DNA of 62,842 bases, the filler included. It is 7 parts of 7 records of this genome, joined end to end, with 100 filler letters (N's around TTAATTAATTAA, not from the genome) between each part and the next. Parts side by side here need not be neighbours in the genome. Positions count along the whole stretch, not along the records: positions 48,797 to 57,338 come from SRR20825010_5530; positions 57,439 to 62,842 come from SRR20825010_5533; 5 more parts are not named here. The stretch is one strand, 5' to 3'. Made by a program: the position numbers and the translations under genes. Of the stretch, positions 48,797 through 58,862 are shown one piece after another. The notes under the pieces were generated by a model. That model was given only the letters and a program-made list of their open reading frames with translations, was not told the DNA's origin and did not search any database. Each line of letters starts with the position of its first letter. Position 1 is the stretch's first letter.

Positions 48797-51203
48797 TGGC
48801 GGACGAGGCAAGCTGTGTCACCCAGTACTGGTGCCCGTTCACGTCTGGTTCGCGTCCAAAGACCGCCTTGTAGATCCGATAAACCTGTTCAGAGGCGTCA
48901 GTGCCATACAGGCCGCGTTCTTCGGCGATCAACAGATCGGTTCCGTCGCCCGCCATCAAGGTGTCGTGACCGCTGTTACCCACCAGAATGTCATGACCGG
49001 CATCGCCGCTGAGGATCTCATTGTCGGACGACCCGTTCAACAAGTCGTCGTGAGCGGTGCCATACTGGCCCTTTGGTTGGTCCACCGTGCCGCCTTCGAG
49101 GCCGTTCAGGTAATCGGTAACGGACACGCGCTGGTCCGCGAAGACAAGGGTTTCAACACCGGAAATGCGGGCGTCCGTTCCGTCGCCGATCAGCCGCAAT
49201 TGGCCGTTCACAAGAGAGGCGGTGTAGGCGTTGATATTGCCGTCCAGCCAGAGCGTGTCTTTCCCCGCACCGCCATCAATGATCTTTGTACCGCGGCCAG
49301 CCTCTATCAGATCGTCGCCTGCCCCGGCAAAGATGGTGTCGTTGCCTTCCCCGGCATGGATGGAGTCGTTTCCCGACCCCGCGTTCAGCAGGTCATTGCC
49401 GTACCCCCCCTTGAGCGTATCGTCACCTTCGCCGGTCGAGATCGTGTCGTTGCCGTGGCGTCCAAGAACCACGTCCATGCCGATGCCGCCGGTGAAAGTC
49501 TCATCGCCAGAGCCGCCTTCCTGAATCCATTTCTTTTCGATGACGATCTGCGCCACATCATACGGCATCATGTTCAGCGCGACGGTGCCGCTGTTGAGGA
49601 AATCGCCGTTCACCGAAACAAACAGCGGGTCCACGTCTGTTTCGGTTGCAAAGTAGTAGTCTTCGATCGAGTCAGGATTGCCGGTCAGCGTGACAATGCC
49701 CGTGACCGTGGGCAGATAGGTCCGGTACTGGCCGTTGCCGGTGGTCTGAATGTGGTTCTTGTCGGTCTCGTCGAAAAAGGCCAACTGCGAAAGCGCAGCA
49801 TATTCTTCGGCATCGATGTAGCGACGGCCAAGCCGGTTGAGCCCGTTTTCGTCCGCCAGATCGCTAAAACCGTCAGACGACGCGGGATCCATGGTCATGC
49901 GGGTGACATTCACGGAAACGGCCTCATCGAGAAAGGGCCGCAGGTCAAAATTGACGGTGCCGGGGTCCAGATCGCGCAGCGAGACGTAAATTACGTCGTG
50001 ATAGGGACTGGCGAAATAGTTGGTCTCGACCTCGCCATTGCTGCCGGTCCACTCGGTGTCGATGCTTTCAAACTGTTCGACATGGCCGGTTTCGACGCTG
50101 GTTTCCGGCCGAAGGTTGTCAGCCATCAGTTTGAAGGCGCCGCCACCGGCGGAGAGATCTACACCATCTTCGCTGCGGTTCCCGGCGATGGTATTGGATA
50201 TGCGGTGTTGCAGCGGCCAGATAAAGGCGTCAGCGGTCTCAAGCTGCACCATGACTTCGAACATTTCCAGCAGGGTCGAGGCGGCGGCCATACCCTGCTG
50301 GTTCATGTTGGTGTTCAGCACGTTCCATTCTGTAATGTAGAGCGGGACTTCGCGTCCAAGGTGTTCGTTGAAATTGTCGATACGCTGATCCAGACTGCGG
50401 ACCTCCTGATAGGTGCCCTCGAACGCCTGCGTTTCGACGTGTGACTGGTTGTAGTAGTAATGCGCCACGGCCCCGTCGATTGCGTCTATGGCGCGCTGGT
50501 CCAACCATTCCAGAATTGCCTCGTTCGCCTCATCCCAGCTGCCATTGCCCTTGTAGGCGCTGCCCGCACCGTTTGAGTCGCCCAACTGAATCAGGATCGC
50601 CGGGTCATGGCCCAGACCGGGCCGATCCTGGGCCAGCCGGTCGATAGCGTCCTGTGCCGCGTTGATCACCCGATTGGCGGCGATGCCGTATTCGGACTCT
50701 GTCATCGATGAAACAAAGTCGCTGTCGGGGATGTCTTCGGGGTGGGTGCTACGGTCAAAGCCCTCGACCCGCGTACCGATCGAGTATTCGTTGCCGATCT
50801 CTAGACCGGTGATGTGATCACCGTATTGCTCAAGCAACAGGTAGACGAACGCCTCCATCTGGGCGGCGGGGATGTCGATCTTGGTGGGCAAGACAACGGT
50901 GACCTGGATCATGTTGTCCGGGGTGCTGTTGGCGACGACCCAATCCATAAAGGCACGCACCTCGGCGCGGAGTTGTCCGTTCTCCAGGCGGGTGACGTCC
51001 AGCGTGTTTTCAGCGTGGCCACCAGGATAGCGCAAGTGCGTCAGATCAAGCGCGTCAACAGCGGCGATAAACCCATCATGGGGCAGCATGTCGCCCGTAG
51101 TGCTGATGTTGACGTCGTGTAGTGCGTTGGTTCCAAAGTGAGACTCTTGAACAAAAGTTCCGGTCGCGGTCGCCGACGCAAGCGACACATTGTAGGATGC
51201 CAT
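48797..51203 (-). CDS. Type I-secreted RTX protein with an N-terminal clan GH-A-like glycoside hydrolase and a C-terminal DUF4214-like domain; 3'-truncated
   Basis: LRYPGG, LEIGNE and LYITEWN motifs; GGxGxD repeats; QVYRIYKAVFGREPD..G..YW; no signal peptide. Confidence 0.78.
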
Positions 51204-51338
51204 GTCTTACCCCTCATTACTGGGGGCAGAATCGATGTGGGCCGCGACATGTCAGCGACCGATCTGTGGCAAAAAGCCGGACTTAAGTTGCTATTTTAGT
51301 TTGTTTTTAGTTCTTAGACGCGCGCGGTGCCGCAGCGG

Positions 51339-52370
51339 TTAACCGGCATGGCGGATTGCTGCCTCTTCGAGGCCGAGATCAATCAATGAGCTTTCGGCGA
51401 TGAGGACGACATTGCTGAGATCGGGCGCGTCTTCGGTTGGTAAGGTGGCCAACACTTCGTCCCCCAGCAGGATTTCTGTCAACGCGGGGTTGGTGGCGTT
51501 GGGACGCATGTCCAGATCATGTGCGTCGCCATGCAATGCATCGTTGAAAACCACCATCAACTGGTCCTCTTCGTCATCGTAGTCGAGGATCTCTGTACCC
51601 GTTTCGGCCATCCATTCGCCCAGAACAAGGACGTCGGCACCAGCGCCAAGAGAGACGATGTCGTCGTCACCCGCAACAATGGTGTCGTCGCCGTCCCCGC
51701 CATTGAGATAGTCGCGCTGATCAATGTCCACGCCGTCGCCGTTAAGACGGACACCGGAAATCAAGTCGTTGCCATCACCGCCAAACATTGTGTCCTGACC
51801 GCGATCTCCCAGCAGCGTGTCGTCCCCAGAGCGCCCGTGCAACGCGTCGTCGCCCGTGCCGCCCCGCAAGAGATCGTCCCCTGCGCCACCATTCATCGTA
51901 TCGTGGCCTGTCCCGCCTGATAGAGTGTCCGCCCCTTCGCCACCATATAGGTCGTCCGGGCCGTTCTGTCCTTCGAGCGTGTCATCCCCATCGCCGCCGT
52001 CGAGCGTATCGTTACCGTCAAATCCCCGCAGCAACTCGTCTGCATCGCCGCCGAAAATCAGGTCGTCCACGTCCGTGCCGTAAAGGGCTTCTTCATACAA
52101 ATCGCTGTTCGCAGAGATATCTTCTGCATTTGTCGGCGCAGGGTCGTCGTTGGCCGGTTGCTTGTCGACAGAGTCGTCTGGCAGTTCATCTACGGACGAG
52201 GTTTCCCTGTGCGGTTGGAAGAGATCATCGTCCGGGTCGTCCGTGGCCTCTGCATCCTCCATCGGGTCAAAGTCATCTCCGGATTCGTGGTCGTCATCTT
52301 CGGACCCAAGGCCGAGGAACGCGAAGGATCCAATCGCCATCATGCCAAGAAGGCCGGTCAGGAAGAACAT
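51339..52370 (-). CDS. Acidic calcium-binding RTX-repeat protein with an N-terminal hydrophobic segment
   Basis: Many GGxGxDxL nonapeptides; DYLNGGDGDD. Confidence 0.85.
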   Translation of the reverse strand: MFFLTGLLGMMAIGSFAFLGLGSEDDDHESGDDFDPMEDAEATDDPDDDLFQPHRETSSVDELPDDSVDKQPANDDPAPTNAEDISANSDLYEEALYGTDVDDLIFGGDADELLRGFDGNDTLDGGDGDDTLEGQNGPDDLYGGEGADTLSGGTGHDTMNGGAGDDLLRGGTGDDALHGRSGDDTLLGDRGQDTMFGGDGNDLISGVRLNGDGVDIDQRDYLNGGDGDDTIVAGDDDIVSLGAGADVLVLGEWMAETGTEILDYDDEEDQLMVVFNDALHGDAHDLDMRPNATNPALTEILLGDEVLATLPTEDAPDLSNVVLIAESSLIDLGLEEAAIRHAG

Positions 52371-52454
52371 GGCTTTGCCTCATGCAACTTGCAACGCATC
52401 GCGCGTAGTGTCGCGGTCTTGACGTCACTAGGCAAATACCTTCGTTCCAACAGG

Positions 52455-52469
52455 TTAATGCCGGATAAA
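52455..52469. promoter_or_regulatory. Near-consensus CtrA box
   Basis: TTAA-TGCCGGA-TAAA (minus strand TTTA-N7-TTAAC), between divergent genes. Confidence 0.4.
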
Positions 52470-52540
52470 TCCAAGCCGAGAGTTCCGGTAACTTCACCAC
52501 GAAACGCTTCCTGCCTTGTTCGGGCGGATGTAGGCCTTAA

Positions 52541-53308
52541 ATGTGTCTTATGATTCTGCGTAGCAAAAACCGGTCATCCGAACGTCCCAAGGGGGCCCAT
52601 TCTCCGATCCAGCCGGACGTTCCCTTTTTCGCCGTGGGGGACGTGCACGGATGCGACCGTCTGCTGGAACAGATGTTGCATCGGTTGGACGGCTTGCGCC
52701 ACCCGGAGGCGCTGCTGGTTATGGTGGGCGACTATGTCGATCGGGGTGAAGAAAGCCGTCGTGTGCTGCGCCGACTGTTCGTGTTGAGTCAGGCCGCCGG
52801 GGATTTGATGCACTGCCTTATGGGCAATCACGAACAGATGTTGCTGGATGTTCTGGACGACCCCCAAGGCCGTGGACCGCGCTGGCTGCGCCATGGCGGG
52901 TTGCAGACCTTGGCCAGTTACCGTGTGCAGCCTGTCTTGGGAAACGGGTCCGCGTCGCAGTGGTTCGAAATGCGTGACCGCCTTGCCGCCGCCATCGGCG
53001 AGGACATCATCAAGTGGCTGCGCGAATTGCCGCTGTCATGGCAGTCGGGCAATGTGGTTGTGGTCCATGCCGGGGCAGACCCGGATCTGCCGATCGACGA
53101 GCAGGAAACGGGAAACCTGCTCTGGGGTCATCCCGAGTTCCACCAAAAGCCCCGCGCAGATGGGCTGTGGGTCGTGCACGGCCACACCATCACAGAACAA
53201 CCGCGCGTCGTTCAGGGACGCATTCCCATAGATACCGGGGCCTATGCCACGGGTATGCTGACTGCCGCATTGGTTGAACAGGATAAGGTCTCATTCATTC
53301 AGGCTTAG
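52541..53308 (+). CDS. Metallophosphoesterase (PrpA/ApaH-like Ser/Thr phosphatase family)
   Basis: GDVHG, GDYVDRG, GNHE, HAG, HGHT, IDTGA. Confidence 0.93.
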   Translation: MCLMILRSKNRSSERPKGAHSPIQPDVPFFAVGDVHGCDRLLEQMLHRLDGLRHPEALLVMVGDYVDRGEESRRVLRRLFVLSQAAGDLMHCLMGNHEQMLLDVLDDPQGRGPRWLRHGGLQTLASYRVQPVLGNGSASQWFEMRDRLAAAIGEDIIKWLRELPLSWQSGNVVVVHAGADPDLPIDEQETGNLLWGHPEFHQKPRADGLWVVHGHTITEQPRVVQGRIPIDTGAYATGMLTAALVEQDKVSFIQA

Positions 53309-53657
53309 TCGTGATCCGGCGAGCGACTGATATACCGCCGGTGCATTAATATCAGGCATCTCGCCGCAGCGCGGCGGTTTGGCGCGGCATTCCGATCGAC
53401 GGTTCGAAACCGTCGTGCGAGCCCCCTCAGAGCAGTCCTGAAAGCGGCCAAAACACCTGATTTTTCTGCAGTTGCACAACGCAACTGGCTTCGTGATTTC
53501 GCATCTCTGGGTTGATCTGGGGTGGGGTCAGATCGCGTGTGCGGTGTGCCAAAAATCATCGTCATCGACCATGTCAACACTCTGCGAAAGCTGGAAAATT
53601 TTCTGAGTGCGGAAAAATTGTGCAAATTTGCACCGCTGCTTGGTGCGACCTTTGTAC

Positions 53658-53672
53658 TTAATTTTTTGTTAA
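53658..53672. promoter_or_regulatory. CtrA-binding site
   Basis: Exact TTAA-N7-TTAA about 95 nt upstream of the sugar transferase in a GC-rich alphaproteobacterial contig. Confidence 0.6.
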
Positions 53673-53767
53673 TTGACTTGGCGTCGTTGACTGACGTACA
53701 TCAAGGCATAGCTACGATCGTGTGCAGGCGCAGCGATGTTGCAGATTTTATTACCCTTGGGGGCAAC

Positions 53768-54430
53768 ATGTTTGACTTAAGGCTTCTGGATGACGCAGTG
53801 ATTTCTGCGGGTCCGTCGCGTCGAAATAAAAGTGCGGAATATTCAATAGCGCTTCGGATTAGCAAACGCGGTTTTGATATTGTGATGAGCGTTCTGCTTT
53901 TGCCGTTTCTCATCATTTTCGCGCTGGCGCTTCTTTTGTTGAATCCTTTTTACAACAAGGGGTCCTTGTTTTTTGTTCAGCGGCGCATGGGGCGCAACTG
54001 TCGATCGTTCCGTGCAATCAAGTTCCGCACGATGCGTGCGGTGCCCAAAATCAGCCGGGGCGCTGATAGCCCGCTGGAAACAGACCGGATCACGCCGCTG
54101 GGTGGGTTCTTGCGCAAGTCGCGCATCGACGAGCTGCCACAGATCATCAACGTACTGTTTGGCAAGATGAGCCTGATCGGCCCGCGCCCTGACTACTTCG
54201 ACCACGCTGTCGAATACCTTGAGAAGATTCCCGGCTATCGCGAACGGCATGCCGTGCGTCCGGGTATTAGTGGTCTGGCGCAGACCGAACTTGGCTATGT
54301 CGAAGGCATGGACGCCACCCGCCGCAAGGTGCAAGCGGATCTCTACTATATCTCGAACATGAGCTTTGCGTTGGAGGCTTGGGTTTTCTGGCGGACGCTC
54401 AGCGTGGTCGCGCGTCGCGGCGGGGCCTGA
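53768..54430 (+). CDS. Priming sugar transferase (polyprenyl glycosylphosphotransferase)
   Basis: KRGFDI, KFRTM, RKSRIDELPQ..NV..G.MSLIGPRP, RPGISGLAQ; start trimmed to ATG 53768. Confidence 0.93.
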   Translation: MFDLRLLDDAVISAGPSRRNKSAEYSIALRISKRGFDIVMSVLLLPFLIIFALALLLLNPFYNKGSLFFVQRRMGRNCRSFRAIKFRTMRAVPKISRGADSPLETDRITPLGGFLRKSRIDELPQIINVLFGKMSLIGPRPDYFDHAVEYLEKIPGYRERHAVRPGISGLAQTELGYVEGMDATRRKVQADLYYISNMSFALEAWVFWRTLSVVARRGGA

Positions 54431-54763
54431 TCTGCCTGCCGTCCACAGGCGCGGCCGACGTTTAGAAACTGCAACCCGAACAAGGCGCATTTCCCGGAAA
54501 AGGGAGGTGCGCTAATGGTTTTTTCCACGGGGGGTTGTGGTTTATTGATTTTGTTGCAGAATTGCCGCTTTCGGCCAGTGAGAGATCACCTGAGCATGGC
54601 CCCTGTCGCATTTTCTTTGGGGGCGCTGTACATCGCTAAGCATTGAATGCGGTCAAGGTGATTGCTGTCTGACGCATGGGTCCATTTTGCCAATGTGCTC
54701 GGTTGCGCGAAAGACTCGATAAAGGGGGATGCCTTGCGTACAGGCTTGAAGGGTTACAAAAAT

Positions 54764-56128
54764 TTGGGCGCATGGACACGTTGCCTTGTGCTCGCGCTGG
54801 GTGGGGCTGTGGCCCTGTCAAGCTGCGGAATCAGCTACAACAGCCCGAAAGTTTCGGAGCGGAATGGCGAATTGCCGGTGTCGGTTGTCGACATGACGGC
54901 GAGGTCGGTTGCCTACGCCAATGCCTCGCCCTACACGCCGCGGGCTTTGCCGGATGTCTTCTATGCGTACGCGGGATCACAAGGCAGCGTGACGGGTGCC
55001 GGTGCGTTGCCCGCAGCGCCCTACTTGCCGGACGAAACGCGCCGCCAGATGGAATATCGTCCGCTGCCGGACATAAACCCGCAACCGTACCGGATCGGCG
55101 TAGGCGACGTAGTTCTGCTGGCAACGCGGTCGTCGGCTTCGACCATCGAGCAACTGTCCGGATTGCTGGCTGCGCAAAATCAGCGGCAAGGATACACGGT
55201 GCGCGACGATGGCTCTATCGCCATCCCTGAGATCGGTGCCGTTCAACTGTCCGGGTTGACGCTTCAGGAAGCGGAGGACAGGTTGTTCCAGGCGCTGGTG
55301 TCCAACCAGATCGATCCGTCCTTTAGTCTTGAGGTCGCCGAATTCCGATCGAAAAAGGTCGCCGTCGGGGGCGCGGTCAAATCGGCCACGCTGGTTCCGA
55401 TTACACCGAACAACCTGACACTTGGCGAGGCGCTGATCGCTGCCGGCGGCCTGGTGACGCGGGATGAGGAATTCGCATCGATCCGCATCTATCGCGATGG
55501 CACGCTGTATCAGATTCCAGTTGAAACGTTCCGTGCGCAGCCGCAGTTGAGCGACAAACTGCTGATTGCTGGCGATGCGGTTTATGTCGACACGACTTAT
55601 GATCTGGATCGCGCATTCGAGTTCTACAAGGCCAAGATTGACGTGATCTCTCTTCGGTCATCCGCGCGAAGCACTGCTTTGCAAACGCTGAGCTCGGAGA
55701 TCAACATTCGCCGTAGTGCGCTTGACGAACGGCGCGCTCTGTTTAACGCGCGTGAGCAATTGGGCGCGGAGAAACGCGACTATGTTTATCTCAGCGGGGA
55801 GGTGGCGAAGCAGAACCGTTTTGCACTTCCCTACGGGCAACAGGCGACGCTGGCCGACGTGCTTTACAATGAAGGTGGGTTCGACAACACCACCGGTGAT
55901 CCGACCGAGATCTATGTACTGCGTGGGAGCAATGATCCCGCCAAGATCGGCGAGATTGTGGCCTACCATCTGAATGCCGGCAACGCCGCGAATATGATCT
56001 TGGCTACCAAGTTCGAGATGCGCCCCAACGACGTCATCTTTATTGAGGAACAGCCGATCACCAAGTGGGGACGTGCCTTGCAGCAGACCTTCCCGACGCT
56101 ATTGAACTCGGCGACAAGCGCTTTGTAA
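54764..56128 (+). CDS. Polysaccharide export outer-membrane lipoprotein (Wza-like)
   Basis: Lipobox ALSSC, YRIGVGD, VRDDGSIAIPEIG, SLBB repeats, F.MRPNDVIFI..PITKW; start approximate. Confidence 0.9.
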   Translation: MGAWTRCLVLALGGAVALSSCGISYNSPKVSERNGELPVSVVDMTARSVAYANASPYTPRALPDVFYAYAGSQGSVTGAGALPAAPYLPDETRRQMEYRPLPDINPQPYRIGVGDVVLLATRSSASTIEQLSGLLAAQNQRQGYTVRDDGSIAIPEIGAVQLSGLTLQEAEDRLFQALVSNQIDPSFSLEVAEFRSKKVAVGGAVKSATLVPITPNNLTLGEALIAAGGLVTRDEEFASIRIYRDGTLYQIPVETFRAQPQLSDKLLIAGDAVYVDTTYDLDRAFEFYKAKIDVISLRSSARSTALQTLSSEINIRRSALDERRALFNAREQLGAEKRDYVYLSGEVAKQNRFALPYGQQATLADVLYNEGGFDNTTGDPTEIYVLRGSNDPAKIGEIVAYHLNAGNAANMILATKFEMRPNDVIFIEEQPITKWGRALQQTFPTLLNSATSAL

Positions 56129-56138
56129 TGATGAATGA

Positions 56139-56172
56139 TTTTCGGCGCGCCCCGACCGGGGCGCGCCGAAAA
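56139..56172. repeat. Perfect GC-rich inverted repeat downstream of the wza-like gene
   Basis: TTTTCGGCGCGCCCC-GACC-GGGGCGCGCCGAAAA. Confidence 0.8.
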
Positions 56173-56600
56173 CCGGCTACCTTGCAGATCAGGGCGACGA
56201 CCGTCATGCGCGGCCAAAGGTCATGCATTTGGACACCTTGTCCGAAACGCTCGGAACCAACCGTGTTCCTCCGATCCCCATCACTGTCAGAGCCTCGTCA
56301 AGGTAGCGGTGCGTACCGACAAGACGTGACGGCCCGACGGGCAGTGTTCTGAGGGGAATTTTGGCAAGCCCACGGAAAACCGAACACCTTCAGTTTGTTG
56401 GCAGCGCCGAGTGCACGACGCGTCGTGCCGACATAATTTGACCGTTTTCCGGGCGGTCGGCGCGGCACGACAACTATGGACATGCTGCGCTGCGGCGTTA
56501 CCCGGTTTCAAGTTGCGCCTCAGCCCGAAACTGGGCTATTCGACAGCCGATGCGTACCCCGGTCCTTTCGGTGGCCGGTACAGAAAAGAATGGTTGATTG

Positions 56601-57338
56601 ATGAAAAAAGCTCTTATCACCGGTGTGACGGGTCAAGACGGTTCCTATTTGGCGGAACTGCTTCTCGAGAAAGGCTATGAGGTCCACGGGATCAAGCGCC
56701 GCGCCTCACTGTTCAATACCGAACGCGTCGATCACATTTACCATGATCCGCACACAAGCGGTAAGAACTTCACGCTGCATTACGGCGACCTCACCGACAC
56801 CTCCAACCTGACCCGCATCCTCTCCGAAGTGCGCCCCGACGAGGTCTACAACCTCGGTGCGCAGAGCCATGTGGCCGTCAGCTTCGAGGCGCCGGAATAC
56901 ACCGCGGACGTGGATGCCACCGGCACGCTGCGCCTGCTGGAATCGATCCGCTTTCTGGGCATGGAAAAGACCACGCGCTTTTATCAGGCGTCGACCTCGG
57001 AACTCTACGGTCTGGTGCAGGAAATCCCGCAGACCGAAAAGACACCGTTCCACCCGCGCAGCCCTTATGCGGTGGCCAAGATGTACGCCTATTGGATCAC
57101 GGTGAACTACCGTGAGGCCTATGGCATGTACGCCTGCAACGGCATCCTCTTTAACCACGAAAGCCCGCGCCGGGGAGAGACATTTGTTACCCGCAAGATC
57201 ACCCGTGGCATGTCCAATATCGCGCTTGGTTTGCAGGACTGCCTGTTCATGGGCAACATCGACGCGCTGCGCGACTGGGGCCACGCCAAGGACTATGTCC
57301 GCATGCAATGGATGATGCTGCAACAGGATGTGGCCGAG
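56601..57338 (+). CDS. gmd: GDP-mannose 4,6-dehydratase, 3'-truncated
   Basis: [55 protein letters not shown]. Confidence 0.97.
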
Positions 57339-57438
57339 NNNNNNNNNNNNNNNNNNNNNNNNNNNNNNNNNNNNNNNNNNNNTTAATTAATTAANNNNNN
57401 NNNNNNNNNNNNNNNNNNNNNNNNNNNNNNNNNNNNNN
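57339..57438. other. Artificial contig spacer
   Basis: N-run/TTAATTAATTAA/N-run. Confidence 0.98.
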
Positions 57439-57442
57439 CAAA

Positions 57443-58786
57443 GTGTGCGGAAATTGGAATCAAGATACTGCATTTATTGCTTTGCTCAATAATCGTGAGC
57501 GCAAAAACAGTAAGAACAATGTTTACCTGAAATCGGAGCTTTTTCTGTTATCCGATTTTATCGTTCTGTTTTCGAAATATCCAGATACACAGCGGTCTCG
57601 TTTTGTACTTGCCTATTTTTATGATGTTCTTAAAAACAATCATTTTGCGGATCCATCTGCCTGCTCAGAATTAAATCGTTTGGTAGATACGTCCGATTTT
57701 AAGCGTGTTTTGGAAACAATTAAAACCGAAAACACGATTATTTTTGCCGATAACAACAGCGCATTTTCGTTTGATGAAAACATTCATTTTTCATTAAATC
57801 AACCGTTGAGAAATGAGATTTCGCATTGGCAGAATATCGCTTTAACTTTTGCGGTGAATGCTCAAAAGCCAAAAGAGAAAGAAAACTCCACAACCAAACA
57901 GCCGGTAAATACAACTAAGGAAGAAGTCGAGAAAGAGGACACTTTAGAAATTGTACTGGAGGAATTGAACAATCTCGTTGGTTTGGAAAATGTTAAGCAA
58001 GATATTCAAGAGCTCATTAACCTTGTAGAAGTTCAGAAAAAACGCTCCGAAAAAGGGCTTAAAAATATTGATATCTCACTTCATACGGTGTTCTTAGGTC
58101 CTCCAGGAACAGGGAAAACATCAGTCGCTAGATTGCTTGGAAGGATTTTCAAACATCTTGGGCTGCTCAGTATTGGACAAATGCACGAAACTGATCGAGA
58201 AGGACTGGTCGCTGGATATGTAGGTCAAACGGCCATAAAAGTGAATGAGGTGATCACAAAAAGTCTTGGAAGCGTCCTCTTTATTGATGAAGCCTATGCC
58301 CTTACGCAAAACTCAATGGGAAGCGATTATGGCGATGAAGCGGTTAATATTCTTCTTAAACGCATGGAAGATCACAGGGATGATTTTGTTGTCGTGGTAG
58401 CTGGTTACACCGAGCCGATGAAGACATTTATTGACTCCAACCCAGGGCTAAACTCTCGTTTTAGCAGATATTTTCACTTCAATCATTTTACCTCATCCGA
58501 ATTGATTGAAATTTTCAAAAACTCCTGTTCCAAGTCAGATTTTATCCTCACAGAGGACGCGTCAGAAAAATTGCTCGCCACATTTGACTTGGTACTAGAT
58601 TCAAAAAACGAAAGTTTCGGAAACGCGCGATTCGCAAGAAATTTATTCGAAAAGTGCGTCCAAAATCAAGCCAATAGAGTTGTCTCATTGAAACGAATCA
58701 GTAAGAAAAAACTCACTACTATCGAGGAAATTGATGTCCCAGAACCAAAAGACTCATTAAAGAATCTCGTTTCAACTGAGAGCTAA
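57443..58786 (+). CDS. CbbX/SpoVK-type AAA+ ATPase, probably 5'-truncated
   Basis: LVGLENVK, GPPGTGKT, LVAGYVGQTA, LFIDEAY, NPGLNSRF, FGNARFARN. Confidence 0.92.
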   Translation: MCGNWNQDTAFIALLNNRERKNSKNNVYLKSELFLLSDFIVLFSKYPDTQRSRFVLAYFYDVLKNNHFADPSACSELNRLVDTSDFKRVLETIKTENTIIFADNNSAFSFDENIHFSLNQPLRNEISHWQNIALTFAVNAQKPKEKENSTTKQPVNTTKEEVEKEDTLEIVLEELNNLVGLENVKQDIQELINLVEVQKKRSEKGLKNIDISLHTVFLGPPGTGKTSVARLLGRIFKHLGLLSIGQMHETDREGLVAGYVGQTAIKVNEVITKSLGSVLFIDEAYALTQNSMGSDYGDEAVNILLKRMEDHRDDFVVVVAGYTEPMKTFIDSNPGLNSRFSRYFHFNHFTSSELIEIFKNSCSKSDFILTEDASEKLLATFDLVLDSKNESFGNARFARNLFEKCVQNQANRVVSLKRISKKKLTTIEEIDVPEPKDSLKNLVSTES

Positions 58787-58862
58787 CGTGTCTCAATAAA
58801 TACGCTATCTAACGTATATGTAATCAGTGTCAATCGCCCTAATTTTGATCAAAAGGCGAACA

